The notes under the pieces are model-generated. The model was not told the DNA's origin. It did no database searches and saw only the letters and a program-made list of their open reading frames with translations. From assembly GCA_964342815.1 (NCBI GenBank), contig CAYFHS010000016.1:1-42414 (forward strand): a stretch of 42,414 bases of DNA. The letters run 5' to 3'. Below, piece by piece: positions 26,100 through 36,799 of this stretch. Every line of letters starts with the position of its first letter. Position 1 is the stretch's first letter. The translations under genes were made by a program, and so were the position numbers. Origin of the DNA: an uncultured archaeon (GTDB lineage Archaea > Thermoplasmatota > Penumbrarchaeia > JASLWR01).

Positions 26100-29000
26100 A
26101 TGATACGTACACGAATTATACCTGGTACCGGAAGAAACTCATACTCGATCAATAAAATTGCGGTAGTTATCCTTTTCATTTTTCTCACATATCAAACCGT
26201 TATGATCACCCAGATCGATAACGCAGACGTAGAGTCCCGCTCTTTTGATAGTGACCGGTCCGCAAGCACTCGCTACAGCAAGACATTTACGGAGAACTTC
26301 GCTGAACTCGATAAAATAGACACTGATAACACCTCGTGTTCCGTAAACACTGCGGAAGGCAGGGCGTACCTCTGGGCCAGTACCCCTATCATTCCCCCGA
26401 CCGACCTGGGTACGAAATCTATCAACACGCGTTCTCACGGAGGGGGATTCAGCCCCAAGTACAACGAATACTGGTATCCTTACTGGTCCGGTACCACCGT
26501 ATACCGATATGATATCAACCGCAACTATATCGGAACTTTTCGCTCGGGTCAGCACCAGATGATGCAGATATGGGGTGATACCGATGGTACCTATTATACC
26601 GCCAACTGGGGGTACGACAGGGTATATAAATGGTCTGATCGGGGAAGTTCCCAGCAATGGTCGTACCACATGGGCGGTACCACCGGGGGAGTTTGTTGTG
26701 ACGAACAGTACGTTTACGCCATCCGACACGGCGATAGCAAGGTACAAGTGCTCAATAAGGCAAATGGGAATCATATAAGGAACATAAATCTGCCCAGTTA
26801 CACAAACATACAGGGTGGAATGGCCTACGCAAACGGGATAATCTATCTTGGTGGAAATCACGGCTGGGGAGGAGGCTCGAATTCCTACAGAGTAGTGAAT
26901 ATGATCAAGGCTTCCGATGGGACATATCTGGGAAGCTTCCAGACAGGCAATAACATATACAGCGCAGCTTTCAATGGGGAGGAGTACTGGATATCACCCA
27001 ACAGCGGTACTGTATGGCGCTATAAAATATGTGAAGGAGACGGCTATGCAGGCAGCTCCGATAATGCGCCCGTGGATAAATCATACGTCCAGTCGAAGGT
27101 TATCAGCAACCCATCAGTTACCATAGGTGCAGTGAAGATAACGGTTACCGATTATCAACCCCCCGGAACCGAAATCAACTACAGGATAACTCTAGACGGG
27201 AAACACTGGGAGAATGTCAAAAATGATGAAAATCATGCTTTCGAGCACCCGGGTTCCATGATGCAGTGGAACGCCACCTTCAAGACCAACGATAAGTCCG
27301 TTAAGCCTTACATCGACAATCTCGTGATCGAATATGACCTTACCATCCCGCCCGAACCTTACTCGCCCAATGAAGGTGAATGGTTATCGGACCATACCCC
27401 CACACTAAAGTGGAACTATACCGATCCTGATGAGCATGACGAACAATACGCCTTCCTTATAGAGATGTACGAAGATAAGGAATTGACCGAAAGGGTCTAT
27501 TCGACCGGATGGGTGGACTCGCCGAACAGTCAATTTGCTCCCACCGATGCCTTGGAGGACGGTATCTATTATTGGAGGGTCCGGACAAAGGACAGTTTCC
27601 AGGGAAAAAGCAATTTCTCAGTATTGCGAAAATTAATGATCGATGAAACAAAACCCATGGGGAATCTCACCATAGAGATGGGAGCCTTCTCGGTTAATAA
27701 TCGGGAGGTGGAGCTTTACATCGAGGCATGGGATCATGGTTCCGGAGTAGCAGAGATGCGGATAACTGACGAGCTAGGGGTTGTCGGGCCGTGGATGAGC
27801 TTCCGGGAACGTGAGAATATCGAGCTGTATCCAACCGACGGTGAAAAGACTATACGAATAAGTTTGCGGGACCATGCCCGAATCACCTCGGATATCATAG
27901 AGGATTCAGTTTATCTCGATCTTAAGGGACCCGGGGAGATCACCGTCACTTCAACTACACATTCCGATGGGGACGAGTATTATGGTTCCCAGGAACCAGT
28001 ATTCGAATGGGAACCACCCGAGGAGATTTCCGGTATCAAGGGTTTTTCCTATACGATTGACCAGTTGCCCGTCACCATCCCCAATACCAACATATACGAA
28101 CAGGACCCCACATTGACAGGCACAGATGCTGGAGAGTTTTCCGGTCTTTCTGACGGAGTTTGGTTCTTCCACATAGCGGCCTGCGATATCTTCGACCAGT
28201 GGAGCGGGGTGACCCACTTCAAGTTCAATATCGATGCCTTAACACCTACATTTTCTTCATTCACCCCGGACAATTCAAAATGGCATAATACAACGTTCGT
28301 GGATATAAGCTGTATAATCGAGGACCAAGGCGGTTCGGGATTGGATACGACCCTTATTCAGTATTCGTACAAAACCCCTGAGAATCCCAGCTATTCCTCC
28401 TGGTCAACCGTGGGCATACATACTGACATTCTCAATAAGAACGGAAACGATAAACCGACAAAGGTAAGGGCTTTCACGAGTCTGATACTGCCTGAGGGAA
28501 TAAACAATGTAAAATGGGCGGCGGCGGACAGGGCCGGAAACGGACCGGCAAAGTCCGGAGAATTGCAGCTTAGGGTGGATAACACAGAGCCGATCCTCGA
28601 GGACCCGCTTCCCAAGAAAGACAAGGTTTTCAAGGATACAACAGTCACCTGCGGTATTACAATAGAGGACGGTCTTGGCAGCGGGATGGACCCTCTAACC
28701 GTGCAGTACTGCATATCGACAGAAGGTGACGACAAGGATAATTTCATCGACTGGACATCTGTGATCATCGATCCGGGAGACATGGATGGGGATATCAGGC
28801 TCGACATCTCCTTCCAACCCGGCAACGAGAACTATATCAAATGGCGGGCCAAGGACCTGGCCGGCAACGGATTCTCATATTCCGAGGCCCATAATGTTAG
28901 GGTGAATTCCCCGCCGGTCCCGAAGATCGCATCGCCTTTGGCCAGTGACGAGGTAAAATCCGGAAAGACCTTCACTCTCAGTGGAAAAGGCACAACGGAT

Positions 29001-30332
29001 ATTAACGGAGACGTTTTAACTTATTACTGGGCAATAACGGATAAGAAAACGAACGCGATGGCATTTTCGGCTTCGGGAATCGAGAAGGAAGCCAGTCTAG
29101 ATGCGGGAAGTTATAGTATACGTCTATACGTAGACGACGGAAACAAAAATGTCAGCTTGGAGGAGCATATCCTGGTTATGGACTCAACCGGAGGGGATTC
29201 TGTGGATGGCCGGGGGGCAGCAGCTGCAATCTTTTCGAACTGGTGGTGGCTTATATTGATAGTGTTCATCTTGGTACAGGTAGCGGTTATGGTGTTCATG
29301 TTAAAGAGGAACAGGGGGAACCGTGAGGATGATTCACCCAAGCCGGTCCTATCAAGTGGGCAAATGACACCCAACGGCGGCTCACCCTGGTCGAAATCCC
29401 GCCCATATACCGATGGTCAACATTTTCCAGGAATAGAACAGAGATATGGTGGGGCAAACCCGGCGGTCCAATATCCACAACTCGTAGGTAATTCAGCTGG
29501 GACCCAATCAGGCCAATTGAGCCTGCCTCCAGGTCCACCCGCATCAGTTGGCGGAACTGCATGGGGGGCCCAGAATACCCAAGGATACCCGCAAGCCGCA
29601 GCCCCTTCATTCCCCAACCAGATGAATCAGAGGCCAGGGCAGTATCTGCATGATCCGAGATCGGCCAAACCCGCACCACCGACTTATTCCCTTCCCTCCT
29701 TCCCCACTGAACAGGGACTACAGCGATTTGACAGAATGGCACTCCCTCCTGCGAACATTGAAAACGTGCCCGCAAGCTCGACGGCAGCGCCCCAAACTGC
29801 ATCACCCCAAAGCACGGTTCTTTCCGCTGGAATGAATCCGCCTATAACTCAATCCACACCAAATCCCCAGATGCGTGCTCATCAAGCCGCTCCATCGATC
29901 AATGCCAGCCCGGCTCCACGGATCGTTGATGCAGAATATTCCGAACCGGTAAAGCGTGAACCCCAATACCCGAAAACTCAAGGAGATCATCTTGCTTCTC
30001 AGACCAGAAGCGGAGGCGATCTGGACGCCATATTCGGTGACGGACCGCAACCCGTTAATACGGAGCAGGCTCAGGGTTCCCCGGGAATTCCACAAATCCA
30101 ACCGAAAATGCCGGAAGGGCAGCCGCTCTCACCTAGGATAGTAGGACCGAATGTAACCCCCTTACAACCAGTGGGGCCAGGTACTTATGCATCCCAAACA
30201 CCACAGGCACCCCAACCGACCCCCTTATCGATCCAATGTCATGCCTGCGGTGCAAGCAATCCGGTCACGACAAACGAGCGGCCTGCAATTATCGTCTGCT
30301 CTAACTGCGGGCAGCAGGGTATGATTGGGTAG
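26100..30332 (+). CDS. Large single-pass surface protein: beta-propeller-like region, Fn3/Ig-like and PKD-like domains, TM, Pro/Gln-rich tail, C-terminal Zn ribbon
   Basis: Signal peptide. Propeller-like blades (EYWYPYWSGTTVYRYD; TYYTANWGYDRVYKW). LKWNYTDPD...YYWRVRTKD. TM WWWLILIVF...KRNR. Terminal CHACG...CSNCG. Confidence 0.85.
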   Translation: MIRTRIIPGTGRNSYSINKIAVVILFIFLTYQTVMITQIDNADVESRSFDSDRSASTRYSKTFTENFAELDKIDTDNTSCSVNTAEGRAYLWASTPIIPPTDLGTKSINTRSHGGGFSPKYNEYWYPYWSGTTVYRYDINRNYIGTFRSGQHQMMQIWGDTDGTYYTANWGYDRVYKWSDRGSSQQWSYHMGGTTGGVCCDEQYVYAIRHGDSKVQVLNKANGNHIRNINLPSYTNIQGGMAYANGIIYLGGNHGWGGGSNSYRVVNMIKASDGTYLGSFQTGNNIYSAAFNGEEYWISPNSGTVWRYKICEGDGYAGSSDNAPVDKSYVQSKVISNPSVTIGAVKITVTDYQPPGTEINYRITLDGKHWENVKNDENHAFEHPGSMMQWNATFKTNDKSVKPYIDNLVIEYDLTIPPEPYSPNEGEWLSDHTPTLKWNYTDPDEHDEQYAFLIEMYEDKELTERVYSTGWVDSPNSQFAPTDALEDGIYYWRVRTKDSFQGKSNFSVLRKLMIDETKPMGNLTIEMGAFSVNNREVELYIEAWDHGSGVAEMRITDELGVVGPWMSFRERENIELYPTDGEKTIRISLRDHARITSDIIEDSVYLDLKGPGEITVTSTTHSDGDEYYGSQEPVFEWEPPEEISGIKGFSYTIDQLPVTIPNTNIYEQDPTLTGTDAGEFSGLSDGVWFFHIAACDIFDQWSGVTHFKFNIDALTPTFSSFTPDNSKWHNTTFVDISCIIEDQGGSGLDTTLIQYSYKTPENPSYSSWSTVGIHTDILNKNGNDKPTKVRAFTSLILPEGINNVKWAAADRAGNGPAKSGELQLRVDNTEPILEDPLPKKDKVFKDTTVTCGITIEDGLGSGMDPLTVQYCISTEGDDKDNFIDWTSVIIDPGDMDGDIRLDISFQPGNENYIKWRAKDLAGNGFSYSEAHNVRVNSPPVPKIASPLASDEVKSGKTFTLSGKGTTDINGDVLTYYWAITDKKTNAMAFSASGIEKEASLDAGSYSIRLYVDDGNKNVSLEEHILVMDSTGGDSVDGRGAAAAIFSNWWWLILIVFILVQVAVMVFMLKRNRGNREDDSPKPVLSSGQMTPNGGSPWSKSRPYTDGQHFPGIEQRYGGANPAVQYPQLVGNSAGTQSGQLSLPPGPPASVGGTAWGAQNTQGYPQAAAPSFPNQMNQRPGQYLHDPRSAKPAPPTYSLPSFPTEQGLQRFDRMALPPANIENVPASSTAAPQTASPQSTVLSAGMNPPITQSTPNPQMRAHQAAPSINASPAPRIVDAEYSEPVKREPQYPKTQGDHLASQTRSGGDLDAIFGDGPQPVNTEQAQGSPGIPQIQPKMPEGQPLSPRIVGPNVTPLQPVGPGTYASQTPQAPQPTPLSIQCHACGASNPVTTNERPAIIVCSNCGQQGMIG

Positions 30333-30342
30333 GATGATATTC

Positions 30343-30359
30343 CTCTAAGCGCCTTAGAG
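30343..30359 (+). terminator. Hairpin after the surface protein gene
   Basis: CTCTAAG-CGC-CTTAGAG, 10 nt after the stop. Confidence 0.4.
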
Positions 30360-30593
30360 AAATTTACACCGTTTCTTGATTATTACACTAGATGCTTTCT
30401 AATAATCATGAAATAAACAATCATAAATTTTGAATTTGGGAGATTTCTATCGACAGTATAAAAAGAATACAAGAAATATGGTTTCTAGATTGGTCCATTT
30501 CGATAAATCTAATAAAACTCTAATAAAACGCGACAGCCCGTCTATTACACGTCCTGTCGAGAACGTTAAATACAATAAAAGCCTATAATAGAA

Positions 30594-31616
30594 TTGGTTA
30601 TGATGAACAAAGGCAAGGCACTGCTGATAGTAACTCTAATAATTCTCTCGATACCAGCCATCGCTCTCTTGGTCATATCGGAACGACAGAATCGTATTAC
30701 GCCCAACGACGAGTTCTTTACGCTCTCCATTGGCGCAGTACCGGTCATAGACACATCTAATTGGCGCTTGGAATTGAGCGGTCTGGTGGAGAATCCCGTC
30801 AATCTGACCTACGATAATATTTCCTCCCTGCCCTCGAAATCAATAACTGCCAAGCTGAAATGCGTGGAAGGACCCTCAGGGACAGCGGTATGGAAGGGCG
30901 TTCCATTGAGAACGCTGCTGGACCAAGCAATTTTAAAGCCTGGAGCAAAGGAAGTGATATTCTATGCGGCAGACGGTTATTCATCGTCGTTGACACTCAC
31001 GGAGATCGACAGCGATGTCTTATTGGCGTACGAGATGAACGGTGAAACACTTCCGGCAGACCACGGTTACCCCTTAAGACTGGTGGCACCGGGTAAAGCA
31101 GGCTACAAATGGGTGAAATGGATCACCAGGGTCGAGGTAGTGGATTACGATTACAAGGGATACTGGGAGAGCAGGGGATGGAGCGATTCAGCTGACATGG
31201 CGCTCTATGAAGAATGGATATTACATGCCGGATTACTTTCCACGGTGTTCATTGTTGGAGGTCTTGCCGCGGTCTCAGGGCTTAAATTCTCGAAAAATAC
31301 TCGTATATGGTCAGAGCTCCCGGATTATATTAACCGGAGGTTTCACAGATATGCCTCGCGTATCTATCTGGCTTTATTCATATCGATTTTTATCTACTGG
31401 ATAGCGACAACCTGGTATCAGCGAGGCAGCATCTTTTATACTATCCATGGGAAATTTGCTCTAACTGTGGTTATTCTGCATTTGGCCGGAGCTGTTTTGA
31501 GCTTACCTTGGTTTTTCAAGAGAGAAGGGGTGAAGAAATTCCATTTTGTTCTCAGTTTCTTTGCTTATCTCCTATTTGCCGGAACGATCCTTACAGGCTT
31601 GATTTTAGCCAATTAA
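30594..31616 (+). CDS. Sulfite-oxidase-family molybdopterin oxidoreductase fused to a 4-TM His-containing membrane domain
   Basis: ITPNDEFF, WRLELSGLV, KLKCVEG (Mo-ligand Cys), LAYEMNGETLPADHGYPLRLVAPG..GYKWVKWI. Four C-terminal hydrophobic helices, each with a His. Confidence 0.88.
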   Translation: MVMMNKGKALLIVTLIILSIPAIALLVISERQNRITPNDEFFTLSIGAVPVIDTSNWRLELSGLVENPVNLTYDNISSLPSKSITAKLKCVEGPSGTAVWKGVPLRTLLDQAILKPGAKEVIFYAADGYSSSLTLTEIDSDVLLAYEMNGETLPADHGYPLRLVAPGKAGYKWVKWITRVEVVDYDYKGYWESRGWSDSADMALYEEWILHAGLLSTVFIVGGLAAVSGLKFSKNTRIWSELPDYINRRFHRYASRIYLALFISIFIYWIATTWYQRGSIFYTIHGKFALTVVILHLAGAVLSLPWFFKREGVKKFHFVLSFFAYLLFAGTILTGLILAN

Positions 31617-31751
31617 GCATCATCAAAGTGTTCATATAGCATGACTACCTGTTGATGATGGGAGATGCGCATCAACCATAAGATATAAATGAGTGAATAA
31701 TAATCTCCAATTTCTCTAATTAGGCGACTCGGAACTTTGAGGTGATAAAAT

Positions 31752-31940
31752 ATGACAACAGGAAATTGCCCGAAATGCGGTATGAGAGACACCCTTTTCA
31801 AATGCGACAACTGCGGGGATACGCGCTGTCATTCTTCCACCAGCTCAGGTGGTAAAAAAGGCTGTAGCATTCAGGGTCAAGGCGCTAATGCAGGACACAC
31901 TTGTAAAGTATGCCGTAAGGGAAAATATAGAAATTTGTAA
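31752..31940 (+). CDS. Cys-rich micro-protein (CPxCG-type Zn finger), unknown function
   Basis: CPKCG, CDNCG, two further Cys and CKVC (8 Cys in 62 aa). Strong SD GAGGTGA at about 31739 and a TATAAAT box at about 31685. Confidence 0.75.
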   Translation: MTTGNCPKCGMRDTLFKCDNCGDTRCHSSTSSGGKKGCSIQGQGANAGHTCKVCRKGKYRNL

Positions 31941-32048
31941 TGCACCATAAAGGTAATGTTGCAGCCTATAAAAATTTTAGTGCCTAAGCTCACCGAATAA
32001 ATATCGATGAGAACTGATCGAGAAATATTTGAGGGGATTTCTTAATAA

Positions 32049-32321
32049 TCATTCTTCCGGAAGAGATACCTCGACGAGGTCGTCCTCTGGGAACTTTACG
32101 GCTTTGACCCGGATTCTGCGGGGTGGCTTCTGGATTCCCCGGGCCCAGATCTTCTCATTGATGGAACGATCCAGCCAGACCTTGTCCAGATCGGCATTCA
32201 TATGACGAGAGATGAATTTTCTTATAAAACGTATCGCGCAAGGAGCCCTTTTCGTCCTGGGCTTCTCGTATACCTTTCCCAGCGGTATCTGGTAAATCCT
32301 TTCCATCGGGTCTTCTGCCAT
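32049..32321 (-). CDS. rpl31e: 50S ribosomal protein L31e
   Basis: ERIYQIPL...KRAPCAIRFIRKFISRHM...INEKIWARGIQKPPRRIRVKA. Confidence 0.97.
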   Translation of the reverse strand: MAEDPMERIYQIPLGKVYEKPRTKRAPCAIRFIRKFISRHMNADLDKVWLDRSINEKIWARGIQKPPRRIRVKAVKFPEDDLVEVSLPEE

Positions 32322-32352
32322 TCAAGTACCTCAAATTAATTAACGTGAAAAT

Positions 32353-32508
32353 TTATTTCTTCATGCGCCCGCGCCGCCAGTTCCGCCTCTTTGGATGCCG
32401 GAGGAATTTCCTTGCGGTTCTCTGCATGACCCAGGCTGGCACCCGCCTGTTGCTCTTTCCGGCCCTCAATAATCGTTTCTTCTTTGCATAGGTCTTGTGC
32501 GTTGCCAT
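32353..32508 (-). CDS. rpl39e: 50S ribosomal protein L39e
   Basis: Not in the ORF track. My translation: MATHKTYAKKKRLLRAGKSNRRVPAWVMQRTARKFLRHPKRRNWRRGRMKK. Confidence 0.97.
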   Translation of the reverse strand: MATHKTYAKKKRLLRAGKSNRRVPAWVMQRTARKFLRHPKRRNWRRGRMKK

Positions 32509-32509
32509 A

Positions 32510-32848
32510 CTATCGCCTCTCAATCCTTATTTCCCTCTTTTTCGGCATTATCCGTTGCAATATCTTTTTTAATGTAATGTCATCGATCCGTTCTTCTTTG
32601 GACATTCTGGTTGAGAGGTTCAACAACTGATGTTCAACGGCTCCTGCATATTCGGGTCTAGCCATCTTGATACGTGCAAGGCGCTCTCGAGCCTCAGGTG
32701 TCAGCAATCTTCGGAGCATCTGTTGTCTCTGCGCCGCAGCCAGCTCTTCCTGCCGTCTGCCATCTTCAGCTTCCTCAATAGCCATCCGTTGTTGTATCTG
32801 TTGTAACCGTCTTTTCCTCAACATTTCCAGTTCTTCTTCATCGGCCAT
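32510..32848 (-). CDS. PDCD5-like DNA-binding protein (COG2118)
   Basis: MADEEELEMLRKRRLQQIQ...LLTPEARERLARIKMARPE...VEHQL...IDDITLKKIL. Start placed at MADEE. Confidence 0.93.
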   Translation of the reverse strand: MADEEELEMLRKRRLQQIQQRMAIEEAEDGRRQEELAAAQRQQMLRRLLTPEARERLARIKMARPEYAGAVEHQLLNLSTRMSKEERIDDITLKKILQRIMPKKREIRIERR

Positions 32849-32879
32849 CTTGTCCCCTCGGACGGACACCTTTACTTTA

Positions 32880-33332
32880 TCAGAACTTGCCCAGCTGGGC
32901 ATCCTCCTTGACGAGTTCACGCAATATTTCGTGGGCAATGTTATCCAGAAAACTTTGACCTTTGGGGGTTACAGTCCTCCCCCTGTTGCCGTTCTTCTTT
33001 ACCAGTTCGATTTCCTCGAGCTGCTGGAGACAAACACGTATTATTTTTCCACTGCCCTTTCTAACTTGATCCGGTTTCGAACCGCGGTTCTTCTTACCAC
33101 CGTATTTTGCCCGTAACCTGGACACGCCTACGGGCCCTTTGAGATATACGGTTCTATAGACTGCAGCAAGTCGATAATACCACCAATCCTCCTGAGTAGG
33201 GGGTTTCTCTTTGTGTACACCGGTTTTCACAAATTTGCTCCACTCCGGTGCTGATATGGCGGGATTTTCTTTCAACTTATCGCTAGTCAATTTTATTAAT
33301 CGATCTGCCGGAATGTCATGTGCCGAGGTCAT
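32880..33332 (-). CDS. rps19e: 30S ribosomal protein S19e
   Basis: PEWSKFVKTGVHKEKPP..EDWWYYR.A...GPVGVSRLR..YGG...GSGKIIR..LQQLE. Start placed at MTSAHD (ATG at 33380 is an alternative). Confidence 0.96.
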   Translation of the reverse strand: MTSAHDIPADRLIKLTSDKLKENPAISAPEWSKFVKTGVHKEKPPTQEDWWYYRLAAVYRTVYLKGPVGVSRLRAKYGGKKNRGSKPDQVRKGSGKIIRVCLQQLEEIELVKKNGNRGRTVTPKGQSFLDNIAHEILRELVKEDAQLGKF

Positions 33333-33735
33333 CTGTTCTGCCTTCTTCCGTATTCTTTTACTAATTCTTCCACATTTCATGGCTGAATTTGCCTTCCGAC
33401 ACAACCATTTATTATATAATAGGATTTCCCTGATATTATCCGTTATCTGCAGGAAACACCGAAATAACTTCGAATTCAGGTTTTCGATTGTTACCGAGGA
33501 TGTCCATTGCACATAGGTCGATCATTTGCTTGTTATATCTAAAATTATTACTAGCTTTGATATCCGTTCCGACCAAAAAAGACATTTCGGGATGAGACCA
33601 CCATTGACGATAAGCTTTTATAGAAGTTCCAATATATCTCTGCCCGCTTAGAGAAAGGGCCCCTACGATTTCAGGAACATCAGAACAGAAAAAAGGAATC
33701 GAAAGGACTCGAAGCGAAAACGGAGGTAGAGGCAA

Positions 33736-35704
<1,969 letters not shown>

Positions 35705-35713
35705 ATATCGAAC

Positions 35714-35760
35714 AAGGAAGGGTATTTTTCGAGACCCTTCCTTCATTTTTTTATTTTTTT
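35714..35760 (+). terminator. Hairpin plus T-tract terminator of groESL
   Basis: AAGGAAGGGT (35714-35723) pairs with ACCCTTCCTT (35734-35743), followed by long T runs. Confidence 0.75.
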
Positions 35761-35844
35761 ATTCGCTTTTACTCAATTCCTCCGAAAAATTTATAATTAC
35801 TGTCGTTTTATATTTGACGCTTTTTACATCTGCAATACAGAATA

Positions 35845-36624
35845 ATGGATTTCAATGGTGTCAACATGAATGAAATAAAGAAGCTCGAGAATCTGGATGT
35901 AGCCATGGACATGAATAATAACATTTCACTTCTTCTCCAGATATTGGGTGATGTGAACGAATTGACCGAACACGAGAAAAATGAACATATAAAAATTATC
36001 GAGGAAAAGGTTCTTGAGATCGAGACCTATTTCTACCGACCTGTTGACTCGAGAGATGTCTACGAGAAACTATCTTCATCCCTCAGGGAAAGTGGTGAAA
36101 ACGAAAAAGCAGACGAATATTATAAACGGATCGGAAGAATGGATTCAAACCTCTATGAATTTAAAGGCAGGCTTCACAATTTCTTCGGAAACAACAAAAA
36201 AGCCATGGAGTACTTTGAAAAAGCGCAGGAGTTCTGGTCGGAAAATGTTTCTGCTCAGAAGGGTTTTGTCCGATCTCAAAATCGCGTTGTAAAGTCATCA
36301 AAACAGCTATTAAAATTCGAAGCCGACGCCCAAAATAAGCAGAATGCGAAATCATTCATCAAGTACGGCCAAGCTCTTGCAGACCTGGGTCAAATGGATG
36401 AAGCTCTCAATGCCTATTCAAAGGCCCTTTCGGCCAGCCCCGACAGCGATGAAGCAATGGTAAGAAAAGGGACAGCATTGGAGAGTTTGAACCGTTTTGA
36501 AGAAGCTTACGAGCTGTTCAAAAAAGCATTGGGAATCAATCCAAAATCCATGATAGCACGGCGTGGGATAAATTACGCCGAGTATTACTTCACTCATTCC
36601 GACTCGGATTATTATAAAGAATGA
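35845..36624 (+). CDS. Tetratricopeptide repeat protein
   Basis: TPR-like units: KGRLHNFFGNNKKAMEYFEKA; YGQALADLGQMDEALNAYSKAL; KGTALESLNRFEEAYELFKKALGINP. Confidence 0.88.
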   Translation: MDFNGVNMNEIKKLENLDVAMDMNNNISLLLQILGDVNELTEHEKNEHIKIIEEKVLEIETYFYRPVDSRDVYEKLSSSLRESGENEKADEYYKRIGRMDSNLYEFKGRLHNFFGNNKKAMEYFEKAQEFWSENVSAQKGFVRSQNRVVKSSKQLLKFEADAQNKQNAKSFIKYGQALADLGQMDEALNAYSKALSASPDSDEAMVRKGTALESLNRFEEAYELFKKALGINPKSMIARRGINYAEYYFTHSDSDYYKE

Positions 36625-36799
36625 TCCAACCTCACGTGTAAAGCCGACCCATTCTGGCTCAACTTTACCAAGAAGTCAGTCCAAATGTCCTGACTTTACG
36701 CGGGAGGTTGTTCCGGTGGTCCGGATTGATCCAGGGTTGAAGGCATTTTCGATAGAAGTCTTGTAAGATTATCCAGCGGATTCTCCCCTTGCGGAGGTA

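Noticed and set aside
33333-33512. 60-codon in-frame extension upstream of rps19e
   Set aside because: Runs through the promoter (TATA at about 33410) and resembles no known protein.
33520-33735. Search for CIRCE or sigma-32 elements upstream of groES
   Set aside because: No TTAGCACTC-N9-GAGTGCTAA and no correctly spaced bacterial -35/-10 pair.
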